Below are positions 17,086 through 26,486 of a stretch of 64,000 nt of DNA, piece after piece. The stretch comes from Candidatus Rokuibacteriota bacterium (GTDB lineage Bacteria; Methylomirabilota; Methylomirabilia; Rokubacteriales; CSP1-6). Position numbers and translations under genes: made by a program. Every line of letters starts with the position of its first letter. Position 1 is the first letter of the stretch. The stretch is taken from assembly GCA_016184125.1 (NCBI GenBank), contig JACPDG010000043.1, positions 15,882-79,881 of the forward strand, written 5' to 3'. Below the pieces are notes generated by a model that was not told the DNA's origin, did not search any database, and saw nothing but the letters and a program-made list of their open reading frames with translations.

Positions 17086-17197
17086 CGGACCTCCCCGCGA
17101 CCCGAAACTGCGCGAACCCTTCGGACTGTACGCGAAGATGCGAAGCGGGCCAAGCACCCCGCGAGGCCTGGCACGTGGTTCGCACCCTGCGAGAGGC

Positions 17198-17398
17198 ATG
17201 AGCCTGTGCGCATCGTGTGGACTCCAGCTCTCCGGTGATGCCGCGCTGTGCCCCCATCATCATTGCGTGTACGGCGATGACTGGGCCGTGGCGAACCGTA
17301 TCATGTGCGACTTCTTCCACCGGAAGAAGGTTCCGCCACGGCTCGCGAAGTCCGAGCGCGACGATGAGTTCTGGGCGCACACCGGGGAAGCCGCCTGA
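17198..17398 (+). CDS. small Cys-rich hypothetical protein (66 aa), possible zinc ribbon
   Basis: CASCG...CPHHHC motif; ends at the start of family A copy A4. Confidence 0.3.
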   Translation: MSLCASCGLQLSGDAALCPHHHCVYGDDWAVANRIMCDFFHRKKVPPRLAKSERDDEFWAHTGEAA

Positions 17399-17407
17399 GC
17401 GTCCATA

Positions 17408-17487
17408 GAAGTGGGGGGCCCCGAAATGGCCCCCCACACCCCCCCGCGCTCGGAAGCGGCCCGGGAAACCCGGGCCGCTCCTCGACG
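17408..17487 (+). repeat. family A repeat, copy A4
   Basis: GTGGGGGGCCCCGAAATGGCCCCCCACACCCCCCCGCGCTCGGAAGCGGCCCGGGAAACCCGGGCCGCTCCTCGAC. Confidence 0.85.
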
Positions 17488-17489
17488 TC

Positions 17490-17570
17490 CCGCTCGGCTC
17501 GGGTGCCGACATCCCCCGCGCGGAAGCGGCCCGGGCACGGCTCGGGTGCCGACATCCCCCGCGCGGGCGT
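17490..17570 (+). repeat. tandem direct repeat (2 x ~44 bp) GCTCGGGTGCCGACATCCCCCGCGCGG
   Basis: Two near-identical units at 17496-17522 and 17540-17566, immediately following A4. Confidence 0.7.
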
Positions 17571-17587
17571 CGGCGGAGCTCCGGGAA

Positions 17588-17605
17588 GGAAGCGAAGCCG
17601 CTTCC
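17588..17605 (-). terminator. hairpin GGAAGCG-aagc-CGCTTCC just 3' of the radical SAM gene; candidate intrinsic terminator
   Basis: 7-bp perfect stem 8 nt downstream of the TAG stop at 17613-17615; no clear U-tract. Confidence 0.3.
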
Positions 17606-17612
17606 GGGGCGG

Positions 17613-19205
17613 CTAGACTGCCGCCGCCGTTTCGGCAGTCGGTGTCACGGGTGAGTAGAAGGAAGACTCACCCCCACCTCTGAGGCAGTCCCGGGTGAAC
17701 TCGATCAGATGGTGGCTGACGACCGCCACGTGGATGAGCGGCTCGATGTCACCGCGCTTGAGCGCGGGCCACGCGAGCCGCCAGAACGTGCGCCGGTAGT
17801 CGCCGACGACGCCGATCCGCCAGAGCACCCGCCCGAGGATCGCCAGGCCCATCCGCACGTTCGACCAGGACGCGCGCCGCGGATTGGACGGGTACGCCTT
17901 CCGGCGACGGAACGTGTGCCCGACCTGCCAGGCGAACCGCTCGTAGAGGGCCTCCGGCTCGTACGCGGCGGTGATGCACCGCCGCCACATCGCCATGACG
18001 GTCTCGTACGGGATCCGGAAGGCCACGTTCGATTCCCGGTCACCGTCGGGCAGGAGCCGACCCTCGCTCTCGAGCCGCCGCCACAGCGGCGTCTTGGGCA
18101 GCGCGTACAGGATGTTGATCGTGAGGAGCGGGATGCGCGACGCCCGGATGAACGCGATGATGCGCTCCGTGGTCTCCGGGGTGTCGGTGTCCAGGCCCAG
18201 GATCATGCCGGACACGACCTCCATCCCGTAGCTGTTGATCCGCTCCACCGCCTCCAGCAGCGGCATGCGGAGGTTCTGGTCCTTCGACATCGAGTGGAGG
18301 GCGTGCGGCTCGGGTGTCTCGATACCGCAGAACACGGTGACGAACCCCGCCTCGCGCATGAGCGCGAGCACGCGCTCGTTCTTCGCGATGTTGAGCGTCG
18401 CCTCGCACGCGAAGCGCAGGGGGTAGCGATGCTCCTCCTGCCAGGCGACCAGCCGTGGCAGCAGATCGAGCGCCGCCTTCTGGTTGCCGATGAAGTTGTC
18501 GTCGACGAAGTACACGCTCGTCGCTCCGGCCGCCGCGATGCGATCGAGCTCGGCCAGCACCTGCTCCGGCGACTTCAGCCGCGGGTTGCGCCCGTAGAGT
18601 GCCGGAATGTCGCAGAACTCGCACGAGTACGGGCAGCCGCTCGAGTACTGGACGTTCGCGATGAAGTATTGACGGAGCGGGATCAGGTCGTAGGCCGGGA
18701 TCGGGAAGTCGGCCAGGGACAGCCGGTCGCGTGTCTCGAAGCGGAGCTGCGCGGGCGGGCGGGCGGCGGCGCCGTCGATCCACTCGATGAGGCGGTCGGT
18801 CGCGTCCCCGAGCTCGCCGATGTGAAGCACGTCGGCGTCGACGTAGTACTCGGGACACGCCGAGACGGACGGGCCGCCGACGACCACGGGCCGGTCGAGC
18901 AAGTGCGCACGCCGCGTGATCTCGTGGATCTGCGCCCGCTGGATGTGCATGCCGGACGTGAGCACGACGTCCGCCCACCGGAGGTCGGCATCCGTCGCGG
19001 CGCCCGCGTTCTCGTCGATGAAGCGCACCTCCCACGACCCGGGGAGGTAGCTCGCCACGACGAGCAGGCCCTGCGGCGGCATGAACGCGCGCACCCGCTT
19101 GCCGAAGAGCGGGTAGGCGTGCTGGAACGTTCCGAAGCTCTTGGCGTAGCGAGGGAAGACGCAGAGGACTCGCCGGCGTGAGCTGGGATGGTAGGGCGTC
19201 CGCAT
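17613..19205 (-). CDS. B12-binding radical SAM protein with C-terminal DUF4070 domain (class B radical SAM methyltransferase-like, HpnJ/HpnR-like)
   Basis: N-terminal cobalamin-binding fold; CPYSCEFC radical SAM cluster motif; DUF4070-like C-terminus (GDYRRTFWRLAW...). Confidence 0.9.
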   Translation of the reverse strand: MRTPYHPSSRRRVLCVFPRYAKSFGTFQHAYPLFGKRVRAFMPPQGLLVVASYLPGSWEVRFIDENAGAATDADLRWADVVLTSGMHIQRAQIHEITRRAHLLDRPVVVGGPSVSACPEYYVDADVLHIGELGDATDRLIEWIDGAAARPPAQLRFETRDRLSLADFPIPAYDLIPLRQYFIANVQYSSGCPYSCEFCDIPALYGRNPRLKSPEQVLAELDRIAAAGATSVYFVDDNFIGNQKAALDLLPRLVAWQEEHRYPLRFACEATLNIAKNERVLALMREAGFVTVFCGIETPEPHALHSMSKDQNLRMPLLEAVERINSYGMEVVSGMILGLDTDTPETTERIIAFIRASRIPLLTINILYALPKTPLWRRLESEGRLLPDGDRESNVAFRIPYETVMAMWRRCITAAYEPEALYERFAWQVGHTFRRRKAYPSNPRRASWSNVRMGLAILGRVLWRIGVVGDYRRTFWRLAWPALKRGDIEPLIHVAVVSHHLIEFTRDCLRGGGESSFYSPVTPTAETAAAV

Positions 19206-19418
19206 GGCCGGTGGTTGAGAGGATACCCGTCGCTCGCCGCCTTCGCGAGCCCACGCGAATGGGGAAAATGTTTTCCTCCTGCCGTGGGCTACAATCGCCG
19301 CTCGAGGTCGTGGTTGCGGCGCCGCGGAGAACCGAGGAGCGGCCCCGGGTTTCGCGGGTGCGTCCGCGCACCACGGGTGCGTCCGCGCACCCCCCCCGGG
19401 CCGCTTCCGAGCCGATCA

Positions 19419-19433
19419 CATGACGGCGTCATG
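19419..19433. promoter_or_regulatory. perfect 15-bp palindrome CATGACG-G-CGTCATG in the divergent promoter region
   Basis: Seen directly in the sequence; candidate operator. Confidence 0.3.
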
Positions 19434-19446
19434 AGGCTGCCGTCCA

Positions 19447-19473
19447 GAAACTGGTCACAGAATGACCAGTTTC
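19447..19473. promoter_or_regulatory. perfect palindrome GAAACTGGTCA-cagaa-TGACCAGTTTC (11-bp arms); candidate repressor operator upstream of the SDR gene
   Basis: Lies in a locally AT-richer stretch ~70 bp upstream of the ATG at 19541, between divergent genes. Confidence 0.4.
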
Positions 19474-19483
19474 CTAGGAGCGT

Positions 19484-19533
19484 TGGGGGGCTGGGGGGCA
19501 TCGATAGGCATCGATCGTCCCCCCGGGAAAGGA
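19484..19533 (-). repeat. family A repeat, partial copy A5 (reverse)
   Basis: TTGGGGGGCTGGGGGGCATCGATAGGCATCGATCGTCCCCCCGGG. Confidence 0.6.
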
Positions 19534-19540
19534 GGTACTG

Positions 19541-20308
19541 ATGGAGCTCGCATCGGTCAAGGCCGTGATCACGGGCGGCGCGTCGGGACTCGGGCGCGCG
19601 ACGGCGGAGCTCGTGGCGGCCGCAGGTGGGCGGGTGGCGTTACTGGATCGTCCGGCATCGGCGGGCGCCGACGTCGCGAAGGCCATCGGCGCCGCCGCGC
19701 GGTTCATGCCGGCGGACGTCACCAGCGAGGACGAGGTGGCGGCAGCGCTCGAGGCCGCCAATGCGCATCTCGGCGGGATCAACGTGCTCGTGAACTGCGC
19801 GGGCATCGGGACCGCGATGAAGACGCTCGGCCGCTCCGGCCCGGCGAAGCTCGCCGACTTCACGCGGGTCATCCAGGTGAACCTGATCGGCACGTTCAAC
19901 GGCATCCGGCTCACGGCGCCCTACATGGCGAAGAACGCCCCGACGGCGGACGGCGAGCGCGGTGTCATCGTCAACACGGCATCGGTGGCGGCGTTCGACG
20001 GTCAGATCGGACAGGCGGCCTACTCGGCGTCGAAGGGGGGGATCGTCGGCATGACGCTCCCGATCGCGCGCGACCTCGCCGAGCACGGCATCCGTGTCGT
20101 CACGATCGCGCCGGGGATCTTCGACACGCCGCTGCTGGGAACGCTGTCGGAGCCGGTGCGCGCCTCGCTCGCGAAGCAGGTGCCGTTCCCGCAGCGGCTC
20201 GGCCAGCCGTACGAGTACGCGGCGCTCGTGAGCCACATCGTGACCAACGGCATGCTGAACGGCGAGACGATCCGGCTCGACGGCGCGATCCGGATGCAGC
20301 CGCGCTGA
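19541..20308 (+). CDS. SDR-family 3-hydroxyacyl-CoA dehydrogenase type-2-like oxidoreductase
   Basis: [16 protein letters not shown]...NCAG...YSASKGG; ~255 aa; AGGAGG ribosome-binding site. Confidence 0.9.
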   Translation: MELASVKAVITGGASGLGRATAELVAAAGGRVALLDRPASAGADVAKAIGAAARFMPADVTSEDEVAAALEAANAHLGGINVLVNCAGIGTAMKTLGRSGPAKLADFTRVIQVNLIGTFNGIRLTAPYMAKNAPTADGERGVIVNTASVAAFDGQIGQAAYSASKGGIVGMTLPIARDLAEHGIRVVTIAPGIFDTPLLGTLSEPVRASLAKQVPFPQRLGQPYEYAALVSHIVTNGMLNGETIRLDGAIRMQPR

Positions 20309-20370
20309 CTTCCCCGGAGGGGGCTGCGCCCCCCGTCCGGAACTCAGAGAGTCAGTGAACGAATCCGGTC

Positions 20371-20467
20371 TCGAGCCGCGCCCCGGGTCCACGGGTGCGT
20401 CCGCGCACCCCCCCGGGGCGCGCGCGAGCGCGGGGGGCTTGGGGGGCATCGATAGTCCCCCCATGAA
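20371..20467 (-). repeat. family A repeat, copy A6 (reverse), with an extra palindromic insert GGGTGCGTCCGCGCACCC
   Basis: Reverse complement reads GTTCATGGGGGGGACTATCGATGCCCCCCAAGCCCCCCGCGCTCG...CCCGGG. The same GGGTGCGTCCGCGCACC module recurs at 19357-19400 and 42580-42605. Confidence 0.75.
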
Positions 20468-21164
20468 CTCGGTGAAGCGCACGCGCACGGTGTTCGAGAC
20501 GCGCTCGGAGGTGTCGGGGCGGATCCGCGTGCTCGACGACGGGCGGCTGCGGCGCCTCATCGTCGCCGGGGACACGCTATCGACCTATCCGCTCGACGGG
20601 GACTGGTCGAGGCTCGCGCGCGAATACTGGTGGAAGGCCGTCGAGGGCGTCCACGTGCCGCCGCGTCCGACGGTGCTGATGGTCGGACTCGGCGGCGGCA
20701 CGCAGATCCACCTGGTGCGCCGCATCGCACGGCCGCGCCGGATCACCGTGATCGAGCGCGATCCGGTGATCGTCGACGTGGCGCGCGTGTGGTTCGGCCT
20801 CGATGCCATGCCGGGGCTCGAGGTGTGCTGCGGGGACGCGGCGGACATCCTTCCGGGCCTGGCGCGGCTCGGACGCCACTTCGACTTCATCATGGAGGAC
20901 GCCGCCTACGGTCTCGAGGTCGAGGGCGCGATCGATCTCGCTCGCGCGCTCGCGGGCCTCGTGAGCCCGCGAGGCACGCTCGTGCTCAACCGGCACTGGC
21001 GGCGGGACGCGACGCAGGTGCGCGACACGCTCGTGCCGTTCTTCCGCAAGGTGTGGATGCGCCGGGTCAAGCGCGAGGGCGAGAACGTGCTGATCTTCTG
21101 CGCCCGCCCCCGCGGCGGGGCATCGAGGAGCGCCCCGGGTCCCCCGGGGCGCTTCCGAGCGTAG
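20463..21164 (+). CDS. spermidine-synthase-like class I methyltransferase-fold protein
   Basis: VLMVGLGGGT...ITVIERDP...D(A)AD motifs of the spermine/spermidine synthase fold. The C-terminal ~15 aa are encoded by family A copy A7. Confidence 0.7.
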   Translation: MNSVKRTRTVFETRSEVSGRIRVLDDGRLRRLIVAGDTLSTYPLDGDWSRLAREYWWKAVEGVHVPPRPTVLMVGLGGGTQIHLVRRIARPRRITVIERDPVIVDVARVWFGLDAMPGLEVCCGDAADILPGLARLGRHFDFIMEDAAYGLEVEGAIDLARALAGLVSPRGTLVLNRHWRRDATQVRDTLVPFFRKVWMRRVKREGENVLIFCARPRGGASRSAPGPPGRFRA

Positions 21165-21196
21165 GGGGTTTGGGGGCCATGTCGGGGCCCCCATGA
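21121..21196 (-). repeat. family A repeat, copy A7 (reverse), wedged between convergent genes
   Basis: Reverse complement reads GATTTCATGGGGGCCCCGACATGGCCCCCAAACCCCCTACGCTCGGAAGCGCCCCGGGGGACCCGGGGCGCTCCTCGATG. Abuts the ettA stop codon. Confidence 0.85.
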
Positions 21197-21198
21197 AA

Positions 21199-22872
21199 TC
21201 AACCCAAGCGTTTGTAGCGCAGGCGGTGCGGCCGGTCCGCCTCGGCACCGAGGCGGCGCCGCCGATCGGCCTCGTAGTCCTGGTAGTTGCCCTCGAACCA
21301 GACGGTCCGGCCCTCGTCCTCGAGCGCCAGCATGTGCGTCGCGATGCGGTCGAGGAACCACCGGTCGTGGCTGATCACGACGACGCAGCCCGCGAAGTCG
21401 AGCAGCGCGTCCTCGAGCGCGCGCAGGGTGTCGACGTCGAGATCGTTCGTCGGCTCGTCGAGCAGGAGGAGATTCGCGCCGCTCCTGAGCGTCTTCGCGA
21501 GGTTGAGCCGGTTGCGCTCGCCGCCGGAGAGCTCGCCCACGCGCTTCTGCTGGTCGGTGCCGCGGAATCCGAACGAGGCGACGTACGCGCGCGACTGCAT
21601 GCTCCGGCCACCGACGGTGAACGTGTCGTGCCCGCCCGAGGTCTCCTCCCACACCGTGCGCGCCGCGTCCAGCGACTCACGCGTCTGGTCGACGTACCCG
21701 ATCTTCACGGAGGCGCCCACGCGCAGCGCGCCGCCGTCCGGCGGTTCCTGGCCCACGATCATCCGGAACAGGGTCGTCTTGCCGGCGCCGTTCGGACCGA
21801 TGACGCCGACGATGCCGCCGCGCGGGAGCTTGAACGTGAGGTCGTCGATGAGCACGCGGTCGCCATAGCCCTTCACGAGGTGATCAGCCTCGACGACGAC
21901 GTCGCCGAGCCGCGGCCCGGGCGGGATGGAGATCTCGAGTCCCGTCTCGCGCTTCTCGGTCCCCTCGGACAGGAGCGTGTCGTAGGCCTGCAGCCGCGCC
22001 TTCGACTTGGCCTGCCGGGCGCGCGGCGCCATGCGCACCCACTCGAGCTCGCGCTCGAGCGTGCGCCGGCGCGCGAGGTCGGCCTTTTCCTCCCGCGCGA
22101 GCCTCTGGCGCTTCTGGTCGAGCCAGGACGAGTAATTCCCCTCCCACGGGATGCCGTACCCGCGGTCGAGCTCCAGGATCCAGCCGGCGACGTTGTCGAG
22201 GAAGTAGCGGTCGTGGGTCACCGCGACGACGGTGCCCGGATACTCCTTGAGGAACCGCTCGAGCCAGGCCACGCTCTCCGCATCGAGGTGGTTCGTCGGC
22301 TCGTCGAGCAGCAGCATGTCCGGGCGCGAGAGCAGCAGCCGGCACAGTGCGACGCGCCGCCGCTCGCCGCCCGAGATCGTCGCGACCTCGGCGTCACCGG
22401 GCGGCACGCGCAGCGCGTCCATGGCGAGCTCGACGGTGCGATCCACCTCCCAGCCGTTCACCGCCTCGATCCGGTCCTGCAGTCGCGCCTGCTCCTCGAG
22501 CAGCTTGTCCATGTCCGTATCGGACATCTCCTCGGCGAAGCGCGCGCTGACGTCTTCGAAGCGCTGGAGCAGCGCCCGCGTCTCGGCGACGCCTTCCTCG
22601 ATGTTGCCGCGCACGTCCTTCGCGGGATCGAGCGCCGGTTCCTGGGGCAGGAAGCCGACCCGCAGGCCCTTCGCCGGAAACGCCTCGCCGAGGAAGTCCC
22701 GGTCGGCACCGGCCATGATCCGCAGCAGCGACGACTTCCCCGCCCCGTTCGCGCCGAGCACGCCGATCTTGGCGCCGTGGAAGAACGACAGGTAGATGCC
22801 GCGCAGGATCTCGCGCTTCGGCGGGACGACCTTGCGAAGGTCCTTCATGACGAACGCGTACTCGCCGGCCAT
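21199..22872 (-). CDS. ettA: energy-dependent translational throttle protein EttA (ABC-F ATPase)
   Basis: [23 protein letters not shown]...two ABC cassettes (GANGAGKS / [13 protein letters not shown] signatures) with the arm insertion; 557 aa. Confidence 0.95.
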   Translation of the reverse strand: MAGEYAFVMKDLRKVVPPKREILRGIYLSFFHGAKIGVLGANGAGKSSLLRIMAGADRDFLGEAFPAKGLRVGFLPQEPALDPAKDVRGNIEEGVAETRALLQRFEDVSARFAEEMSDTDMDKLLEEQARLQDRIEAVNGWEVDRTVELAMDALRVPPGDAEVATISGGERRRVALCRLLLSRPDMLLLDEPTNHLDAESVAWLERFLKEYPGTVVAVTHDRYFLDNVAGWILELDRGYGIPWEGNYSSWLDQKRQRLAREEKADLARRRTLERELEWVRMAPRARQAKSKARLQAYDTLLSEGTEKRETGLEISIPPGPRLGDVVVEADHLVKGYGDRVLIDDLTFKLPRGGIVGVIGPNGAGKTTLFRMIVGQEPPDGGALRVGASVKIGYVDQTRESLDAARTVWEETSGGHDTFTVGGRSMQSRAYVASFGFRGTDQQKRVGELSGGERNRLNLAKTLRSGANLLLLDEPTNDLDVDTLRALEDALLDFAGCVVVISHDRWFLDRIATHMLALEDEGRTVWFEGNYQDYEADRRRRLGAEADRPHRLRYKRLG

Positions 22873-23017
22873 CGGCTCAGGCTCCCATTGCGTCCCATGT
22901 ACCAGCGTACAGGTGCTCATCGGCTGACTCACCGAAGCCCCAGTAGCTGTTGGCCTTGAAGCGGAGCTTCAGCGCCTCAGACGATAGCGGTTGGCGGTGT
23001 GCCGGCACGAGATCGCT

Positions 23018-23218
23018 TCAGAGCGCGACTTCAAGCGGCCGGTCGCGAAGTGCGCTGACCCTCATGACGGAAAACCCGAGCAGATTTCCGTCCGCGTCGA
23101 CCTTCTCCATCACGTGGTCGCTTGGCGTTTCCCGGAAATACCCGGGTCGTGTGTCGAAGACGACCTCCAGGAAGTCCCCTTCGGCGTCGTACCAGATCTT
23201 TACGCGCTTTGCGGCCAT
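23018..23218 (-). CDS. DUF2283-domain protein (putative antitoxin partner)
   Basis: IWYDAEGDFLEVVF...KVDADGNLLGFSV matches the DUF2283 signature; 66 aa. Confidence 0.6.
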   Translation of the reverse strand: MAAKRVKIWYDAEGDFLEVVFDTRPGYFRETPSDHVMEKVDADGNLLGFSVMRVSALRDRPLEVAL

Positions 23219-23514
23219 ATCGTGTCTCCCCGCTTGACCTTGTCCGTGAGATACGCCGTCAGCAGAAACGTGTCAGCTACACGATCCTTCACCACGACAC
23301 AGAGGTACTTGTCGCCGACAGGTGTCTCACGCAGGAGCCGATAGTAGAGCCTTGCTTCGGGATCCGCGAGCGATTGCACGACCCGCTCTGGACGGACGAG
23401 CGTCGCCTCCATTTCCTGTTCGAGACCGACCATCTCTGGATGCTCCAGGATGTGCGCCAGTCGTTCATCGGTGATTCGAACCGCAACTTCACGGTAGTCG
23501 CGGACGATCTTCAT
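23200..23514 (-). CDS. DUF4258-domain protein (putative toxin partner)
   Basis: MKIVRDYREVAVRITDERLAHILEHPEM...VVVKDRVADTFLLTAYLTDK; overlaps the downstream DUF2283 gene by 19 nt. Confidence 0.6.
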   Translation of the reverse strand: MKIVRDYREVAVRITDERLAHILEHPEMVGLEQEMEATLVRPERVVQSLADPEARLYYRLLRETPVGDKYLCVVVKDRVADTFLLTAYLTDKVKRGDTIWPQSA

Positions 23515-23526
23515 CGAGTCGCGAGC

Positions 23527-23979
23527 TCAGGCTCCGATCAGACGGCGGTGGTCGGGCATCATGCAGCGGTCCTGCACGACCCGGATGCCCGCGCGCGCGA
23601 GCGGCTCGGCGGCCGCATCGTTCCTGATCCCGAGCTGGAACCAGACGACCTGCGGCCGCCACGGCAGCGCGAGAATCTCGCGCGCGTGCCCGGGCAGGTA
23701 CTCCGGACGCCGGAACACGTCGATGACGTCCACGGGCCCGGGCAGCTCCGAGAGTGTGCCCACAATGGTCGCGCCGAACAGCTCTTGCCCCGCGAAGGTG
23801 GGATTCACCGGCAAGATCCGGTAGCCGCGGCCGTCGAGATAGGCGGGGACGTAGTACGCGGGCGCCGCGCGATCGATCTTCGCGCCGAGCACCGCCACGG
23901 TGCGGTTCTCGCGGAAGATCCGCCTGAGACCGTCCTCATCGTCGATCAGGTTCGCTCGCCAGTCGATCATGGACCCCAT
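23527..23979 (-). CDS. CoA-binding domain protein (YccU-like)
   Basis: RTVAVLGAKIDRAAPAYYVPAYL...ILPVNP...VDVIDVFRRPEY...VWFQLG. Confidence 0.75.
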   Translation of the reverse strand: MGSMIDWRANLIDDEDGLRRIFRENRTVAVLGAKIDRAAPAYYVPAYLDGRGYRILPVNPTFAGQELFGATIVGTLSELPGPVDVIDVFRRPEYLPGHAREILALPWRPQVVWFQLGIRNDAAAEPLARAGIRVVQDRCMMPDHRRLIGA

Positions 23980-23992
23980 GGTACCGCCTGGA

Positions 23993-24068
23993 GTGGGGGG
24001 CCCCGACATGGCCCCCCACACCCCCCAGCGCTCGGCAGCGCCCCGGGAAACCCGGGGCGCTCCTCGAC
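23993..24068 (+). repeat. family A repeat, copy A8
   Basis: GTGGGGGGCCCCGACATGGCCCCCCACACCCCCCAGCGCTCGGCAGCGCCCCGGGAAACCCGGGGCGCTCCTCGAC. Confidence 0.85.
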
Positions 24069-24078
24069 TTCCGTCTAG

Positions 24079-25185
24079 CTAACCGCCGCGCGAAGGGCTG
24101 TGCGCGCTCTCGAGCACGGCGAGGAGCTCGTGACCGAACGTCTCCACGCGCCAGCGCCTGAGCCCCTCCACGCCCTCGAGCGCGGCTCGCGTGCGAGGCG
24201 CCGTCTCCGCGAGCTGCGCGATGAGCCGGTTGGGCAGCAGGGCGCCGGGATCGAGGTCGTAGCGCTCCGCCGCTTGCGTGCGCCAGCGCTTGAGCAGCTC
24301 GCTCCGCCGGGCCAACGCCGCCGACCCCGCAGGACGGCGCGGACGGTCGCGGACCGGCAGGCTGGATTCGGGCAGCGCACGCCCGCGCGCGATGGCGTCG
24401 AGCAGCGCCCCACCCCACCGTCCCACGACGCGCGGCGTGCAGCCCGGGACGCCGCCGAGCTGCTCGAGGTCCCCGGGCATGGTCAGCGCGATGCGGAGGA
24501 GCGCCTCGTCTCCCAGCACCTTGAACGGCGGGCGGTCGGCCGCGCGCGCCAGTCGCTCCCGGGTCTCGTGGAGCTCGCGCAGGATGGCGAGGATGCGCGG
24601 CGGCAGGTCGCGGGCGCCCTTCACGCGGAGGAAGGCGTTCGGGTCCGGCGACCGGTCGGGCGGCGGCTGCGCCGCCAGCGCCGCGCACTCCTCTTCGACC
24701 CACGCGAGCCGTCCCCGGCCCACGAGCTCCTCCGTGAGCCGTGCCCTGAGCGCGAACAGATGTTGGACGTCGGCGGCGGCGTACGTCTCCTGCTCGGGCG
24801 AGAGCGGGCGCGCCGACCAGTCGTCCTTCTGCCGCGATGGCGGCAGAAGGACGCCGAGCCACGACGTCAGCAGGGCGTCGAGCCCGAGCGTGCGCACGCC
24901 GAGGAACCTTGCCGCGATCGCGGTGTCGAACACCGACGCGAAGGTGAATCCGTAGCGGGCCTTGAACTCCGCGAGGTCGTTGTCGCCGGCGTGGAGCACG
25001 AGCACGACGCCGGGGTCGGCGAAGACGCGCCCGAGCGGCGCCAGGTCGACGGCGAGCGGATCGACGAGGGTGACCTCGCCGCTCGGCTCGGCGACCTGCA
25101 CGAGCGCGAGCCGTGCCGGATAGTGATGCAGGCTGTCGCCCTCGGTATCGACCGCGATCTCGGGCGCGACCGCGAGGCGGCGCAC
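24079..25185 (-). CDS. rnd: ribonuclease D (DEDDy 3'-5' exonuclease plus HRDC domain)
   Basis: IAVDTEGDSLHHYPARLALVQVA...YAAADVQHL...HRDC-like C-terminus. The true start may lie slightly upstream of 25185. Confidence 0.85.
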   Translation of the reverse strand: MRRLAVAPEIAVDTEGDSLHHYPARLALVQVAEPSGEVTLVDPLAVDLAPLGRVFADPGVVLVLHAGDNDLAEFKARYGFTFASVFDTAIAARFLGVRTLGLDALLTSWLGVLLPPSRQKDDWSARPLSPEQETYAAADVQHLFALRARLTEELVGRGRLAWVEEECAALAAQPPPDRSPDPNAFLRVKGARDLPPRILAILRELHETRERLARAADRPPFKVLGDEALLRIALTMPGDLEQLGGVPGCTPRVVGRWGGALLDAIARGRALPESSLPVRDRPRRPAGSAALARRSELLKRWRTQAAERYDLDPGALLPNRLIAQLAETAPRTRAALEGVEGLRRWRVETFGHELLAVLESAHSPSRGG

Positions 25186-25242
25186 GAGCGCCTCGAGGGC
25201 GGCCTCCGTGGTGACCCGGCGGATCGACGTCGTCGGACCCGG

Positions 25243-26064
25243 CTAGGAGCGGGCGTCGGACACGGCGCGCTCGAGGCGCTCGAACCGCCGGCGCAGGGGC
25301 TCGAGACCTTCCTCGTGCGTGATCACGTAGAGACGGTTCGCGCGGATCGCCGCGAGCACCATGCCGGCGACCGCGTCGGGTACCAGCGTCCGGCCGATCA
25401 GCTGCACCGGTTCGCTGACCGGCTCGCGATCGTTCTTCAGGTGCTCGGGTCGGTTCCGCGCGGACTGCCGGATCCGCGTCGCCACCCCCATCGGGCACAG
25501 GACCGTCACGCCGATGTTGTACGGCCGCAGATCCTTCGCGAGCGTTTCGGACAGGCCGACCACCGCGTACTTCGACGTGTTGTAGACGCCGAGCCCCTGC
25601 GTCGCGATCAGCCCCGCCATCGAGGCGGTGTTGACGATGTGTCCGGGCTCGCGGCCGGCGATCATGCGCGGCAGGAACGCCTCGAGCCCGTGGATGACGC
25701 CCCAGAGATTGACGCCGAGCACCCACTGCCAGTCGCGGTGGGTCATGGCTTCGAGCCCGCCCCAGACGGAGACGCCGGCGTTGTTGCAGAGCACGTGGAC
25801 CGCGCCGAACGCCGCGTAGGCCCGCTCGGCGAGCGCCTCCACCTGCTTGAGGTCGCTCACGTCGGTGGCCACGCCGACCGCGCGGCCACCACCGGCCGTC
25901 ACACCGGCCGCAACCTCGTTCGCGGCGCGCTCGTCGATGTCCGCCACGACGACCTTCGCGCCCTGCCGAGCCATGGCCTCGACCAGCGCCCTCCCGATAC
26001 CGCTGCCGCCTCCGGTGACGACGGCCACACGTCCATCGAACGAGTCCACGTCCCCTCCCGGCAC
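25243..26064 (-). CDS. SDR-family oxidoreductase
   Basis: VAVVTGGGSGIGRA...NNAG...YNTSKYA. Confidence 0.85.
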   Translation of the reverse strand: MPGGDVDSFDGRVAVVTGGGSGIGRALVEAMARQGAKVVVADIDERAANEVAAGVTAGGGRAVGVATDVSDLKQVEALAERAYAAFGAVHVLCNNAGVSVWGGLEAMTHRDWQWVLGVNLWGVIHGLEAFLPRMIAGREPGHIVNTASMAGLIATQGLGVYNTSKYAVVGLSETLAKDLRPYNIGVTVLCPMGVATRIRQSARNRPEHLKNDREPVSEPVQLIGRTLVPDAVAGMVLAAIRANRLYVITHEEGLEPLRRRFERLERAVSDARS

Positions 26065-26077
26065 GCCGCCGGCCCGG

Positions 26078-26482
26078 TCACGCTCCGCTCTCGGTCTCGA
26101 GAAGCGGACGCAGGACCGCTTCCAGCCGGTCCATGTCTGCGGGCTTGCGGAGGAAGGCTGCGAAGCCAGCCGCCTCGGCCCTCAACAAGGTATCCGGGCT
26201 CAGGTCCCCGGTCAACGCGACGATCGCGCAGCTGGTGACCCCGGCACGCCGCAGCCGCTCGGCGAACTCGAACCCGCCGATGCCGCCCAGCCGGATGTCG
26301 AGGAGGACCACCGTCGGGCTCGTGCGCAGCGCCAGTTCCAGTCCGGCCTCGCCGGACTCGCTCACGAGGACGCGGGCATGCGGGAAGGCCGTGGCCACGT
26401 ACTCGCCGAGCGCGAGCCTCGTGTCCCTGTCGTCCTCGACGACGAGCACGATGCGCGTGTCCGGCGGCTTCACGGCCGCCAT
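26078..26482 (-). CDS. single-domain response regulator (REC only, CheY-like)
   Basis: RIVLVVEDDRDTR...VLLDIRL...ALTGD; no output domain. Confidence 0.8.
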   Translation of the reverse strand: MAAVKPPDTRIVLVVEDDRDTRLALGEYVATAFPHARVLVSESGEAGLELALRTSPTVVLLDIRLGGIGGFEFAERLRRAGVTSCAIVALTGDLSPDTLLRAEAAGFAAFLRKPADMDRLEAVLRPLLETESGA

Positions 26483-26486
26483 CACA

